Origin: Desulfobacterales bacterium | Lineage (GTDB): Bacteria; Desulfobacterota; UBA8473 | Direction: 5' to 3' | Length of the DNA stretch: 64,000 bases | Assembly (NCBI GenBank): GCA_016209225.1 | Contig: JACQWO010000069.1 | Location: 4,172-68,171 of the forward strand | Shown: positions 63,598 to 64,000 of the stretch, in pieces | Layout of the letters: each line of letters begins with the position of its first letter | How positions within the stretch are numbered: the stretch's first letter is position 1 | Position numbers and translations under genes: made by a program | Notes under the pieces: model-generated | What the model was told of the DNA's origin: nothing | The model's database searches: none | The model's input: only the letters and a program-made list of their open reading frames with translations

Positions 63598-63684
63598 AAT
63601 AAATAGATTTCTACTGGAACATTTACTAATGAGTTCAAACTGAAAATTACGAATAATTAGCAGGACAGGATTGGAGAATAAATA

Positions 63685-64000
63685 ATGAAGCTGGACAATG
63701 ATCTTTATTGCTATCCATGGACCAGTATGGTGGAAAACAACTGCAATAGCTACTACCTGGGAGGTAAAACACCTACTCTTATTGATGCTGGTCATAAGCA
63801 CCGTGTAAGTAACCTATCCTCCCTTATGGAGAGTGATGGTATTGATCCCAAGGGGATAAAGCTGGTGATCAGTACCCATGCCCATCCAGATCATTTCGAA
63901 GGAAACCAGATTTTTACCAATAATGGGGCGATGATGGCAATCCATAAAGAAGAAGATAGGTTTCTCAGAGAAGTAGGTGGGAGATTTTACAGGATGTTTG
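63685..64000 (+). CDS. MBL-fold metallo-hydrolase, partial (runs off window)
   Basis: GGAG RBS; MKLDNDLY...NCNSYY..LIDAG...STHAHPDH. Confidence 0.85.
   Translation, partial: MKLDNDLYCYPWTSMVENNCNSYYLGGKTPTLIDAGHKHRVSNLSSLMESDGIDPKGIKLVISTHAHPDHFEGNQIFTNNGAMMAIHKEEDRFLREVGGRFYRMF

Overview
Chromosomal window from an anaerobic Gram-negative bacterium; gene content and repeat types suggest Desulfobacterota/deltaproteobacteria (inferred, not proven). Left to right: (1) a divergent glycogen-synthase-like GT and a GpgS-type glycosyltransferase; (2) a HAMP kinase/sigma54 activator pair with a fully readable sigma54 promoter (-24/-12, IHF site, two UAS) in front of a small secreted protein; (3) a glycogen cluster (glgB, GH57, malQ, Ggs-like GT, glgC, glgP) interrupted after glgB by an integron-like remnant: C-terminal tyrosine recombinase fragment, attI-like structured site, a BrnT/antitoxin cassette bounded by complementary GTTATCGGC/GCCGATAAC cores, an attC-like site and a truncated DUF433 cassette; (4) a heavy-metal module (CusRS-like pair, OMF-MFP-RND, PAP2, MFS, CDF); (5) ktrAB, a CBM48 protein, corA and pckG; (6) core locus tadA, two tRNA-Ser genes, SRP RNA, dnaX, ybaB, recR, PFOR; (7) an uncharacterised GT2-ParB-SplB-like radical SAM-MBL string; (8) a 13 kb TetR-led efflux gene run that includes a GalT-like enzyme and a PII-like protein. 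Intergenic DNA holds many miniature elements: a family with GTAACTA(C/T)TCAG ends, 8-bp target duplications and variable heptamer/octamer interiors, a nested TTAA-duplicating MITE, an internally deleted IS, and long palindromes. No CRISPR array or rRNA was seen. All family calls come from motif recognition without database searches.
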